This document shows, in pieces, positions 1 through 10,899 of a stretch of 64,000 nt of DNA. Location of the stretch: positions 124,001-188,000 of the forward strand of contig JAAOMT010000303.1 of assembly GCA_016748015.1 (NCBI GenBank), written 5' to 3'. The notes under the pieces were generated by a model. That model did not search any database and had not been told where the DNA came from. It was given only the letters and a program-made list of their open reading frames with translations. The position numbers and the translations under genes were made by a program. Source of the DNA: Geosiphon pyriformis uo1. Its lineage: Eukaryota; Fungi; Glomeromycota. Within the stretch, counting starts at the first letter, position 1. Every line of letters begins with the position of its first letter.

Positions 1-2457
1 AATAACTTTTAATTATGGTTATTAATGAAATATTAATTTCTTATTTTTTTTCTTATTCTTTTTTATTTTTATTTTGTTTCTTTGTTATTTATTAATTAAT
101 TAAGAAATTAAGCATTAAAATATTGACATCAAAAATAGTCTGATAAAAAACTTGTGAAACAAAAATAAAAACTTAAGAATAATTTATCAAAAGAATACAA
201 CTGCCAAATTAAATTAGTTTTTACACTAAAAAAAATAATTCAAAAAACTATTATTAAGTGAATTTCTGTTTATTATATAAAAAACTCAATTAAAACCTTC
301 AGATTATGAAATTCTTTAGAAATCAACATTTTAATTAGATATTAAGCAATAAATTATGGATTTGTTATTTATTTTAACATCCAAATAATTATCTGTAATA
401 TTTGGTGTTTTTTGTAAGATATAATTCAACAAAAAACAAAGCACTATTATTAATCATTCAGAAAAGTAACAGACTTAAAAATTATAGAAACAAATTACTT
501 GAAATTTGCAAAATTTTTGTTCCAATAATATTAACAACAGTTGAAATTAATTAGCAATTATTTTCCAGCAGAATCAGCAATTAACTTCTATGTTAACAAA
601 AAAATTATATATTTTCTAAAAAAACAAACAGATTTTGAATCAGCAAAAGAAAATTTTTACAATAAATTATTTTAATACACTAATTTACTTCAGAATTACA
701 ATTTTATTTTAATTATTATTAAAATAAATTGTAAAATTAAAAGATATACTTAGAAAAAGTTTTTAATCATATTTGCAAACAAAGACAAAAACAGAATACA
801 AATATTAACAAATACTCTTAAAAACATACAACTATTTAACTAAAAAAAACTCAAAGTTGTTTTTTTATTACATCTATTTTATTATTATATACTAAAAAGT
901 ACTATTAACATGTTATCAAGATTCACATCATTATTGACAGCAAAACCAACTATTACAAAAGTTTTGTTTCAAAACAATTAAAAAAAATCCAAATTGCTAG
1001 GAACTTATAATAATTACTTTAAAAAATTTAAGTTATGACTAACAACTTTATTAAGATTTTGATTACCACTATCTTAACCTAATTTTGAAACTACTAGTAA
1101 TTGGGCAAATAATAATTCAAAAAAAAAAGAAAACAGTAATCAAGAAAATAATAGACAAAACTTAATTTCAAATAAACCAAAAATACAAACTCCAATTGTT
1201 TAAAATTAGCAAAATCCAAACAATCCAAACCCTGTCTCTATTATTCAACAAAACATATCTTCTATTATTGAAATTAATTTATCACTAATTGTATCAATAA
1301 TTGCCTCTTAACAATTACAATAACAACTATTTATACTAATAATATATATATTAATTACCAAATTAGAGAAGTTTATAGACAAAAAAAACAACACCCAAGT
1401 TTGGCTAAATAATATTGTAAAAGTCATTACGACTAACAACTAGGACAATATCAGAGTCTTTTAAGCAATCCTATACTTTTTACAGAATACTGCCAATTTA
1501 TGATATCAAAGTTTTGCAAACAAACTTAATAACTTTAACATATTTAAAACCATATTTCTATAGTATTTTAGTAATTATAATAGCACCAATTATCTATTAA
1601 CTGGCTTTACTATTATTAAACAAAATAACATAAAAGCAATTACTACTTATTTAAAACACTTTTATAGAAATCTGTGCCAAATTTAGGTCATTAATGTTGA
1701 CTATTTTACAGTACTTCAGATTTTAAATCAGTTTATTTACAGACTATACAGCAGCTTTTTGCAATAAGTATATTATTATACTCAAATTCACTCCAAGATG
1801 CAATTATTTATGCCAAATATTTCAAATCAATTAAGCTTGAAACCACTATGTACAAGCTGTAAATTTAATAATAAACAGATTATCTTAATTAGATTCTAAA
1901 CTAAAGCAGTTTAGTAAAACAATTAACCAAAAAATATAGGGATACTTAACTAATAATTAAGCAATTTATTAGTCTCTTCAATATTGTAACAATCTAAAAA
2001 ACCCCAATTAGTTTCAGAATTAGTTACATTTATTGTCATTATTAGTAAATTAATAGTGACAATAAAAAATATATATCTGTTACTATTATTACAAACAAAA
2101 ACATATTAAAGCAAACTATTATTTAAGAATAAATAACTTATAATTAAAAAATCAATATATAAACTCTAATTACAGGTTTTTAATTCAAACTATGTTAATA
2201 ATCTATTCTTAAACTATTATCAATATTAATTCTATTACTTTTAAATAATACAGCCAATATATGCACTTTCTATTTATCAATATTATAGTCTTAAGTAATA
2301 TATTAATTATTATAGTCACAAATTATTTATTAAACTCAACCAATTTAAATACTGTCATAAAATTTAGTTCAAATTTTAGCTAACAGCCAAAGACCAAAAA
2401 TCATGTACACACAACAAAATTAAAGATTGATAATAGTTATGTATTAATTAATTTTCA
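1..2457 (+). mobile_element. Heavily decayed Ty3/Gypsy fragment (copy Z): 3' part of the LTR (1-400), PBS, gag including the CCHC region
   Basis: The LTR ends tgtaata at 400 and is followed by tttggtgttttttgtaag, the PBS-like motif of the other copies. Downstream sequence is colinear with gag of the other copies but has many TAA/TAG stops. Confidence 0.8.
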
Positions 2458-2557
2458 GTATATTAAAGTATATTACAAAAAATATTTATCTAAATTAACA
2501 TTTTATTAATAATTTGATATTTAAACATATTAAACACAATTTTTTCATCTTATATGT
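2458..2557 (+). pseudogene. hAT-family transposase C-terminal dimerisation region, 5' half (interrupted by the LTR element at 2558)
   Basis: Reads KYLSKLTFY**FDI*TY*TQFFHLIC, a decayed form of YL.E....DIL.YW...QFPHLAR. It joins in frame to 31549 onward once the insertion and one TSD copy are removed. Confidence 0.6.
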
Positions 2558-3496
2558 TGTTATTCATAGAAAATACAAAGAAAAAAAAACAAATAGAAAA
2601 ATAAACCAATAGGAAAATAGTACTTAATATATAAGTACAATGTCAAAAAACTATGGCATATTATTAGCAAATTATAATACAATATTTAGCAATATAAGCA
2701 ATATCAGTAAATTAAAACATACTGTTTAGCAATATAAACAATATTAGTAAATTAGGGCATATTGTTTAAGAAAATGTGAGATCTTATAGAATAAAAAATA
2801 TGTATATATAGTAAGAATATTAAAAGCAAAAAAAACAGAATTGATTTAAAAATCCAGTTTATAATTAATATTCACAATTTATTAATTATTTCATATCTCT
2901 TTCTTCAAAAGATAGTTTTCTACAACTTAAAACAAAATCTAATTACATATTAATAAAATATCAATTACTATTTGAATCTATATTATTATCACTTAATTAA
3001 GAAATATTAATTATTTCTATTTTATCAATACTTTATGTTGATAAAATTCAATATTTGACCATATTGGACCAATAGCTTTTAATTATGGCTATTAATAGAA
3101 TACTAATTTTTTTTATTTTTTTTTATTTTTTTTGTTTCATTTCTTTGTTGTTTACTAAATTGATTAAAAGAGATTAAATATTAAGTAATTTAACATCAAA
3201 GATAGTCTGGTAAAAAATCCAGAAATAAGGGTATAGAACTTGAAAATTGAGAATAGCTTATCAAAAAAACACAACTGCCAAATAAACTGGCCACCACTTT
3301 AAAGAAAAAAATTTGACAGAATAATCATTTTAGGAGGCTACTGAAACAACTATTAAATCTTTGTTTATTATACAAAAAGCTTCACCAAAATTTTCAGATC
3401 ACAAAAATTTTTAGATATTATCAACATCATTTAGCTATTGAACACTAGTTATAAGTTTGTTATTTGTATTAATGTTTCAAATAAACACTTGTAACA
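2558..3496 (+). repeat. 5' LTR of copy E/D
   Basis: Termini TGTTATTC...TGTAACA, TATA-like tatatatag at ~2803, PBS immediately downstream. Confidence 0.9.
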
Positions 3497-3498
3497 TT

Positions 3499-3514
3499 TG
3501 GTGCTTTCTGTAAG
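3499..3514 (+). promoter_or_regulatory. Primer-binding site TGGTGCTTTCTGT(A/G)AG, possibly for elongator tRNA-Met
   Basis: Begins with TGG 2 nt after the LTR end. The same motif follows the LTRs ending at 400, 13919(-), 22599(-) and 40789(-). The tRNA identity is inferred from the implied 3' end CTCAC-AGAAAGC-ACCA. Confidence 0.75.
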
Positions 3515-3773
3515 ATATAATCCAGCAAAAAACCAGCATTAACAACAATCATCTAAAAAAGTGGCAGATCAAGAAAGTATAAAAAAAAATCATTTAGAAT
3601 TTGTAAAATCCTTATTTTAGTATTATTAAAGTCATTTTAGATTAACAAATAACAATTGGTTAGCAAAATTAGCTTTCAATTTTTATGTCAATAAGAAAAT
3701 CAAATCCTACTTGGAAGTCTAAGAAAATTTAGAAGCTGTTCTTAACAACTTTAATAGTAAATTATTTTAAAAC

Positions 3774-4604
3774 ACCTGTAATTTGGTGCTTAAATTTAAT
3801 TGTAGTTGATAGTAATCTGAAGGTTTGTGTCTGAAAAGTTTGTATCCAAAGAGTTTGGTTGAGTTCTTTGTATAATAGACAGAGATTCAATGATAATAGT
3901 TTTATCCGTAGCTTCTCGAAACCACAGTTTTGTCAATTTTTTTCTCAGCTTGATGGCTGGTATTCCTCCTGATAAGCTATCTTCAATCAAGTGTTCTACC
4001 CTTATTTCTGGGTCTTTTACCAGTCATGTTTATCCTGACATCAGTACTTTGCACGTTAATCCTTAATAGAGTTAGTAAACAACAATAAAATCAAAGCAAG
4101 AAATAAAGAAAAGAAAAGAAAATAAAGAAAGAAAAGAAATAAGCCAAGGCAATTTGCAAGTTAGTATTCCGTTAATAGCCATGATTAAGAGCTATTGTTC
4201 CAGTGTAGTTAAGTATCAATTACTATTAACATGAAGTGTTGATAGTGGCAGTGGGTTTAAGATAACAAACAGTTATTTATTTGTGGTTTGGAAAGTTGTC
4301 CAGATGAAATTTAAACTGAGAGGTCTGTCTTTTTAGTTTTTAATCCTACTGCTATATATACATATTTGAGATTCCTCAATTCCTCAATTCTTCACAACAG
4401 GAATTCTGGGATTCCTGGAATTCTGCAATTCTTTTGAGAGGAATCTTAGAATTCTGGAATCCTGTGATTCCTTGTAAGAATTCTGTAATTCCTGGAATTT
4501 TGCAATTCTTGAGAGGAATCCTGGAATTCCACATTTTACTACATCTACTTCTAATTGGTTAATAACTATGTTAATATATATTCTCTATATTTCTATAAGT
4601 AACA
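3774..4604 (-). repeat. 3' LTR of copy A (distal ~40 bp lost), preceded by a polypurine tract at 4605-4619
   Basis: The minus strand reads aaaaagaagaaataa|TGTTACTTATAGAAATATAG and aligns to 13959-14711. Confidence 0.88.
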
Positions 4605-4617
4605 TTATTTCTTCTTT

Positions 4618-5246
4618 TTAATATTGAGCTCTATCGAAATTTAACTCTGTTAATTCCTCTTCTTGAAGTATTTCCTGAATTTCATTTTCGAGAATTACTT
4701 GTGTTATTTAAGTCTGTAATTCTTCAAATTGAGCGTTGGTAATCTTTCCTAATTGATTACTGATAACCATATCTATTGCTTTGTTGAGTAAGATTTCTGG
4801 TCGATCCTAAAATGCTGTGTGTATTCAGTATATGGCTCAGGTCTGTGTGGATAAGTTGTTATTTCCCACAAAATGTTCTAATTGTTGTAGTATTCATGTG
4901 TCGAATAATCGCTTTGTTTTATCTGTATATAGATTCTGGATATTCCTGTGTTGTTCTAAGTAAAATAACAATAGTTTCTTGAAAATTGTTGTATCCACCA
5001 ATTCCAAGTTTCTTTAGTCAACTCTTGGTATAGTGACTTTTTTGTCGACTTTTTTATTGCTAATTTTACTTTCGCAATGATTTTGTCAACAGTATTTTCT
5101 GTTTTCTTCTGTGTTCTATGTGGCAATGTCTTTTTAGTGTCTTGATATCAGATGGTTTGTTGATTAATTGTAATTTTCATCTCTTGGTGTTAAATCAATT
5201 GAAAAAGTTGTTGTGTTAATGAGTGGATGTTGTCTGTGATTTCCAT
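4618..5246 (-). pseudogene. ORF3 of copy A: ~210-aa protein of unknown function between integrase and PPT
   Basis: Manual translation MEITDNIHSLTQQLFQLI...ETWNWWIQQ...YPE...RPEILL...NFDRAQY*. Homologous to 29983-30614 (MKIPDQIHTMAQQLF...YPEILL...NFDRAQY*). Confidence 0.7.
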
Positions 5247-5300
5247 TTTTCTGATATTTTTTGTTGCATCTATCATGTCTTTATATATTTTTTTAATGAA

Positions 5301-6683
5301 TTAATTTAACATGTTATTGTCAATGATGATGATTGGTTCCAAATTTCGTGAAATCTCCTCTGATTGGATTAGTATCTTCTGTACTCTTAATTGTAAAATA
5401 TTACTGGTGGATAGTGGTGTGATGTTGTGGTATGGTTTCAGTTAATCTCTATATGCTGCTTTGGTTAAAATTTTGTTATCCAGTCTTAATTTGTAAGCTC
5501 CATTCCCTAGAATTTCTTCTATGTAAAATGATCCATCCCATTTGGGGTTGAATTTTCTACTCCATTGTTTTTCCGCTTTGGTATGATGTAAGAGTACTTT
5601 GTTTCCAATCTTGAATTCAACTGGTTTGTCTGATAGTTGATTATCATGTCTTTCTTTCTGTTTCTCTTGTAATTTTTGTATATTATTAGCTGCTCTTCTT
5701 CATTTGTTTTCCAATGTTTCCATTAAGTTATATGTTCTTCTTAACAATGTTTCTTGGAAATTTTCTTCTGTTATTAGTTCAGTTGGATATGTGTTAACCA
5801 CTATTTCAACTGGTAATATTGCTGTTCTACCATATATCAATTTAAATGGTGTTGTTTGCATGATGTCTTGCTTTATTGTCCAATAAGCAAATAATACTGA
5901 TGGTATAAACAAATTCTATTTGTTCTGGTTTTCTTGGCTGAGTTTTGCTATTGCTTTACACAATGTTCTATTAAATCTTTCAACTAATCCATTGGTTTGT
6001 GAATGGTATGGTGATGATAGTGGTCTTTTAATTCTGAATCTTTGGCTTAGTTCTGTTAATGTTCTATTTACAAAATAGGTTCCTTGGTCTGATAATAGTT
6101 CTTTTGGACATCCATGTTGACAAATCAGATCTTAATAGACAAATTCGGCAACAGATTCTGCATCTGCTCTTTGAATTGCTTTGGCTTCTGGCCATTTAGT
6201 AAGATAGTCCATGGCTACTGCAATATATCTGTTGCCTCTGCTGGTAATTGTCAATGATCCAACTAAATTGATTCCAATATGGTCAAATAGTTGTTCTACT
6301 TTGATTGGTCTCAATGGTTTGCTGGGTCTTGTTCCTTCTCTTCTTTGACAAGCATCACAATTTTGCACATATTGGATGATATCTGGATACATTAATAGCC
6401 AATAGTATCTCTTTCTGGTTCTTTTCATGGTTGCTTCTTTATGAAAATATCCTGTAGTTGAATTTGAGTGCATGTTGAACAGTATTGTCTCTTTTTCTGG
6501 TTCTGTAATTATTCTGGTTGGTTGATCTGAATTTTTTCTATTTTTCTGATAAAGTATATTTTGGTAAGTGATAAAATATTTGGATTGTTGTTTAATCCTC
6601 TTTTGTTTTGGTTGAGATAATTTCTCCTTGAACTGTTGAATATCTATATAATGTTGAAGTTGTTGATATTTTTGTGTGTTCAT
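5301..6683 (-). pseudogene. Integrase of copy A (HHCC zinc finger, DDE core, GPF/Y module), own ATG, no chromodomain seen
   Basis: MNTQKYQQLQHY start; H..H..CDAC; GINLVG (D>N); HPQTNGLVE-type motif; KWDGSFYI. Confidence 0.9.
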
Positions 6684-6747
6684 CTTTTGTTATATTTTCG
6701 TGAGTATTGTTTTGGTTTTGTTATATTTTTTTTTGGTTGAAATGTTC

Positions 6748-8076
6748 TTAGATTTGTCTCATTCATGACAAACTGTCAGCATTTCTATTGTCTTTTCCCT
6801 TTTTATAATGTATGATATAAGTATATGTCAAAAGAGCCATTTTTTATCTTGACTGTCTTCCATCTCCAAATTCTTGTTTTTGAAGTGATGTTAATTTTTT
6901 GTGATCTGTGTACACCTCAAACTTTTGGCTCAAGTATTTTTTCTATTTCATAACTGCTCAATAGATTGCTAAATGTTCTAATTCTGGTGTTCCATAGTTC
7001 TTTTCAGCTGGTGTTAAACCTCGGCTGGCATATGTGACTAGATGTTTTCTTTCATCTGGTCCTCTCTGAGATAGTACTGTTCCCAATGCTTGACCTGATG
7101 CATCGGTGGTAATAATAAATAGTTTATTATGATTTGGATAGATCAATACTAGAGCTTGAATAAGCTTCCTTTTTAAGATGTCAAATGCTTCTTGCTGGGT
7201 TTCAGTCCATTTATACTTTGCATTTTTGGTTTGAAGATCATTGAATGGTTGTGCTATCTTTAAAAAGTTCTTTATAAAGTGTCTATAATAGCTTGCGAAT
7301 TCCAAGAATGATTTCAGCTTGGTTATGTTGGTTGGTATTGAAAAGTTCTTTACTATCTCTATTTTCTCTGGATCTGTTTTTATTTTGTCTTTGCTAACTA
7401 TGTGTCCCAAGAATTTTAGTTTTGTTTTGCCAAAAAAACACTTTGTTGCATTCAATTTTAATCCTGTTTGTCATAGTCTTTCAAACACTTGTTGAAGATG
7501 ATGTAGATGATCATCAAATGTTTTTGAGAACACATTGGTGTTATCCAAGTATATAACTACTGATTTCCACAATAAGTTGGTATACACAATTTCTATTAGC
7601 CATTGGAATGTAGCTGGAGCATTGATTAAGCCGAATGGCATAACTTTAAACTCAAAGTTTCCCTCTCTTGTGGTGAATGCTGTTTTTTCTTTGTCGGCTG
7701 GATCCATGGCTACTTGCCAATACTCACTATCCAAGTCTAACATTGAGAACCATTTGTTTCCACCAAAAGCGTCAAATAGTTTTTGTATCCATGAAGTTAG
7801 ATAGCTGTCTTTACAAGTTACACTATTGAGTTTTTTATAGTCTACACAAAATCAGATTTTTCCATTCTTCTTATAGATGAGTACTACTGGTGACAACCAT
7901 AGGCTCATTGATGGCTGAATTAACCCATTATCAAGCATTTGGTTGATCTCTTGACAGATGATTTCATGGCTTGCTGGTGGTACCCTATATGTTTGCTGTT
8001 TAATTGGTATTGCATCTTCAGTCTTGATCTGATGCTGGATAATATCAGTTCTGCCAAAATTTGTTTTTACTGGCAA
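6748..8076 (-). pseudogene. Reverse transcriptase + RNase H of copy A
   Basis: LDLDSEYWQV, FEFKVMPFGL, YLDN (decayed YLDD), FLGHIVS, ITTDASGQALG, NYGTPELEHLAI; ends MRQI*. Confidence 0.93.
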
Positions 8077-8584
8077 AAATGTTATTGAAATTATTGAGTA
8101 ACATCTTTAGTTGCATCTGTTAAAATGGGTCTAGATTTCCTATGTTTATCTGTTCCAATTGTTTTGGCTGTAACAGATAACATTTGTTTCGTCCATAGAT
8201 AATTTGTAATGTAATGTCCACATATCCACAAAGCTGTGGAAAATCTGGAATGCTACTTAGTGCTTGATCTTCAATTTCTGTGGTTAAATATCCAAGAGTG
8301 GTTCCTTCCGGTATTTCTACAACATTTCCGGTGTTGTTGTAGATAAGAATTTTGATATGGTTATGGCTTTTGGCTGATATATGTAGATTGATAAGTCCAA
8401 TTTTTCCTGATTTACAAAGGGTTGCTTCTGCTTCAAAAATCTGTTTTTGTTCCTTCTCTCTCCTTTCTATTGTTAACATGTATTGGCTATATGATGGAAT
8501 GAAAATTGTTTGACTGGTTGAGATAATTTTTCCTTGGCCAATAATTTTTTCCTCCACTATATTGACTGGTACATCTATTCTACC

Positions 8585-8960
8585 CATTGATCCAAATCTC
8601 TGTATCCCTCTTGCTGTTATCCCTAATTCTTTCCTATTTCCCACTGAAACTAACTGAGCTATTTTCACCAGAGGCAGGAATATTGCCTATGCTATTCTTT
8701 CATTTGGCTTTATAATATAGGCCTTTTCTGAGTTATTTTGTAGCATAGCAATGATATTTCTTATATATCCTGCATCAATTATTCCTCCTCTGATGTTTAT
8801 TTCCTTTTTCACTAAATTATTCCTAAATGCTAATTGAACCATTATTGTTGCTGGAATTTCTAGTGCTATTTTCAAATCAATGCAAGTGCATGAATAGGGT
8901 TCCAATTTGATGGCATCCTTTTCTGGATATCTCAGATCAAATCCTGCATCAGTATTATGT
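8585..8960 (-). pseudogene. dUTPase domain of copy A
   Basis: All five trimeric dUTPase motifs recognisable: DAGFDL, AFRNNL (decayed ASRSSL), GGIIDAGYIRNI, RIA*AI, RGIQRFGSMG. Confidence 0.9.
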
Positions 8961-9189
8961 ACACATTCTGGCATAATATCTTCATCATTATTACTGAACC
9001 ATTTCAGTTCTTGCTCTTTGGTGAGATCAGAGAGTGCAATATATTGTTTGTAGTTTGAATTGGAGTTTGAATCTGAGTTGGAATCATTATCATAGCCATT
9101 TTGAACAGAGCTAGAACCATTATTTTTGTTATTGTTATTGTTGGAGTTTGAATTGGAGTTGGAACTCAATTCCAATTCTGATGTGCAGT

Positions 9190-9900
9190 TGTTGATTGGT
9201 TCTTCTTCTTCGGGGATCGTGTAGATCATGTGTGGTGGTGGATTGTAGATAAAGTCACAATCATCACAGAATTGGAAGTTACATGGAATCAAACAATGGT
9301 CACATAATCAGGTGTTGATTTTTTCCAAGCGTTGCTTTTGCTTTTCTCTTGTAGGTGCTAGATTCTGATAGTGTTCATGAAATTCTTCTGGGCTGTTTTC
9401 TAAGTCAATAAAGGCATTTAGATTGAGAACCAAAACAATGTCTGTTGGTTCTAAAAGGTTATTCTTGATCTTCAGAATTTTACTGGGTAAAGTGCCTTCT
9501 ACTTTGGCATTGGTCATTTGTCAGATCTTGTTCTCGTCATGTAGATAGCCATTTAGGCGGGATATAGCTCAGTGCCATGCTGCTGTAATAGGCATATCAT
9601 GACTTACCCAGTCGCTAATGAGGATTGTGTATTGGCATGAAACATCGCATATTCCTCTTTAATCAGAAATGTTATTCCATATTCCTTTGTTAAGTAATTG
9701 TTTGCTGCAAGCAAGACATGGTTCATTGTCCTACTTGCCTTGTTTTTTTGGGTAGCTATATCATTCTCTATGATAGGGCTTGCAATAATAATGGGTTTGC
9801 GTCCAGTAGTCTTCATCTGGTGCTACCTAAGCTCTCATTGAAGACAGTTTTTTCCTATAGTTCTTGCATTTGAGAGGTATATATGGTGGCTCTTTTATTG
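9190..9900 (-). pseudogene. Cys-rich spacer domain between protease and dUTPase (copy A)
   Basis: Several Cys clusters (CKNY, YCKPY, PCLACS, CDVSCQY, CDHCLIPCNFQFCDDCD) are conserved in copies B, D and F. Confidence 0.65.
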
Positions 9901-10329
9901 GTTCACATGAATATTCCCTTTCCCAGCCATTAGTTATTTCTTCTGCAGTGGTGGTTTCTTTAGATATGTTTTTTTCTCTTCCTTTCCTTTTTTCCTTGTT
10001 TTTTTCTTCCCAATCTAGAATTGATAACATCTCACTTTGGTTGTTGTCGGTCCAAGCATTAATGATGGCTTTCCAAATAAGTTCTTCTTTTTGTTTCTCC
10101 TTTCTGTTGTCGTTGTTGTCCTAGGTGAGTATTAATGGCAGTTTGTTGTGATTGACGTTGGCCCATGAGACTTGGTATACTTCCCAAGTGGGTTTCGCTT
10201 TTTTTTCCTTGAATTCGATAAGTGGTGTTGATGGCATGGTGATGGGCTTAAAGTGGTCACACATGGCTGGTACTCGTGTGTGTCAACCATTTTGGCTAAG
10301 CTAGAGCTCTTGGGTGTTCCAATCTAAGA

Positions 10330-10630
10330 TTGCGTTGGTTTTGGACAGCCAATCATTCTCAATGAGTGCTTGGTATTAAGTGGTTTCTATGATAAGTATT
10401 TTGATTGGTACTATAATGCCATTGACTTCTATGGGAAAATCATCAATCTCTCCAATAAGTGTTTTGGTTGTTCCATTGGCTGTAATAATCTTGGCACTGG
10501 CAGCATAATCAATTTGGCAACCTAATTGATCTATGAGTTGTTTTGTGATGATGCTGCCAGCTGATCCACTATCTAAGATCAGTTTGATAGAGTAACCATC
10601 AACTTTCACATCAGTGTACATCATGGTGAT
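10330..10630 (-). pseudogene. Aspartic protease of copy A
   Basis: IKLILDSGSAGSIIT...IITANG...LIENDWL: retropepsin D-S-G motif. Confidence 0.9.
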
Positions 10631-10899
10631 GGGTTTCTCCTCAAGTGCTGCTCTACTGAACAAGAGTGGGTTGATGGTTTCCTCCAATTTGAAAAGAAAG
10701 ATGGCTGCGAGAGATTTGTTTTTAGTAACTATTGCTGGTGGAATATTGTTGGTGAGTGTTGTTTGGGGTGGGTTGGATTCCGAGTTGTTGGTAGTGGCAT
10801 CTTCTGAGATAACCAAGAGACTTAAATAGTTCTGGGAATTCGGGTTTTGGGTGGAACCAGTACTCAGATTCTGCTGTCAAGAGCCTGATGATTGGTAAA

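Noticed and set aside
4618-5246. env gene call for ORF3
   Set aside because: Too short, with no evident signal peptide, furin site or transmembrane helix.
5301-5500. Chromodomain at the integrase C-terminus
   Set aside because: After the GPF/Y module only a short tail ending LEPIIIID follows; no Y.VE.I / YLVKW motif.
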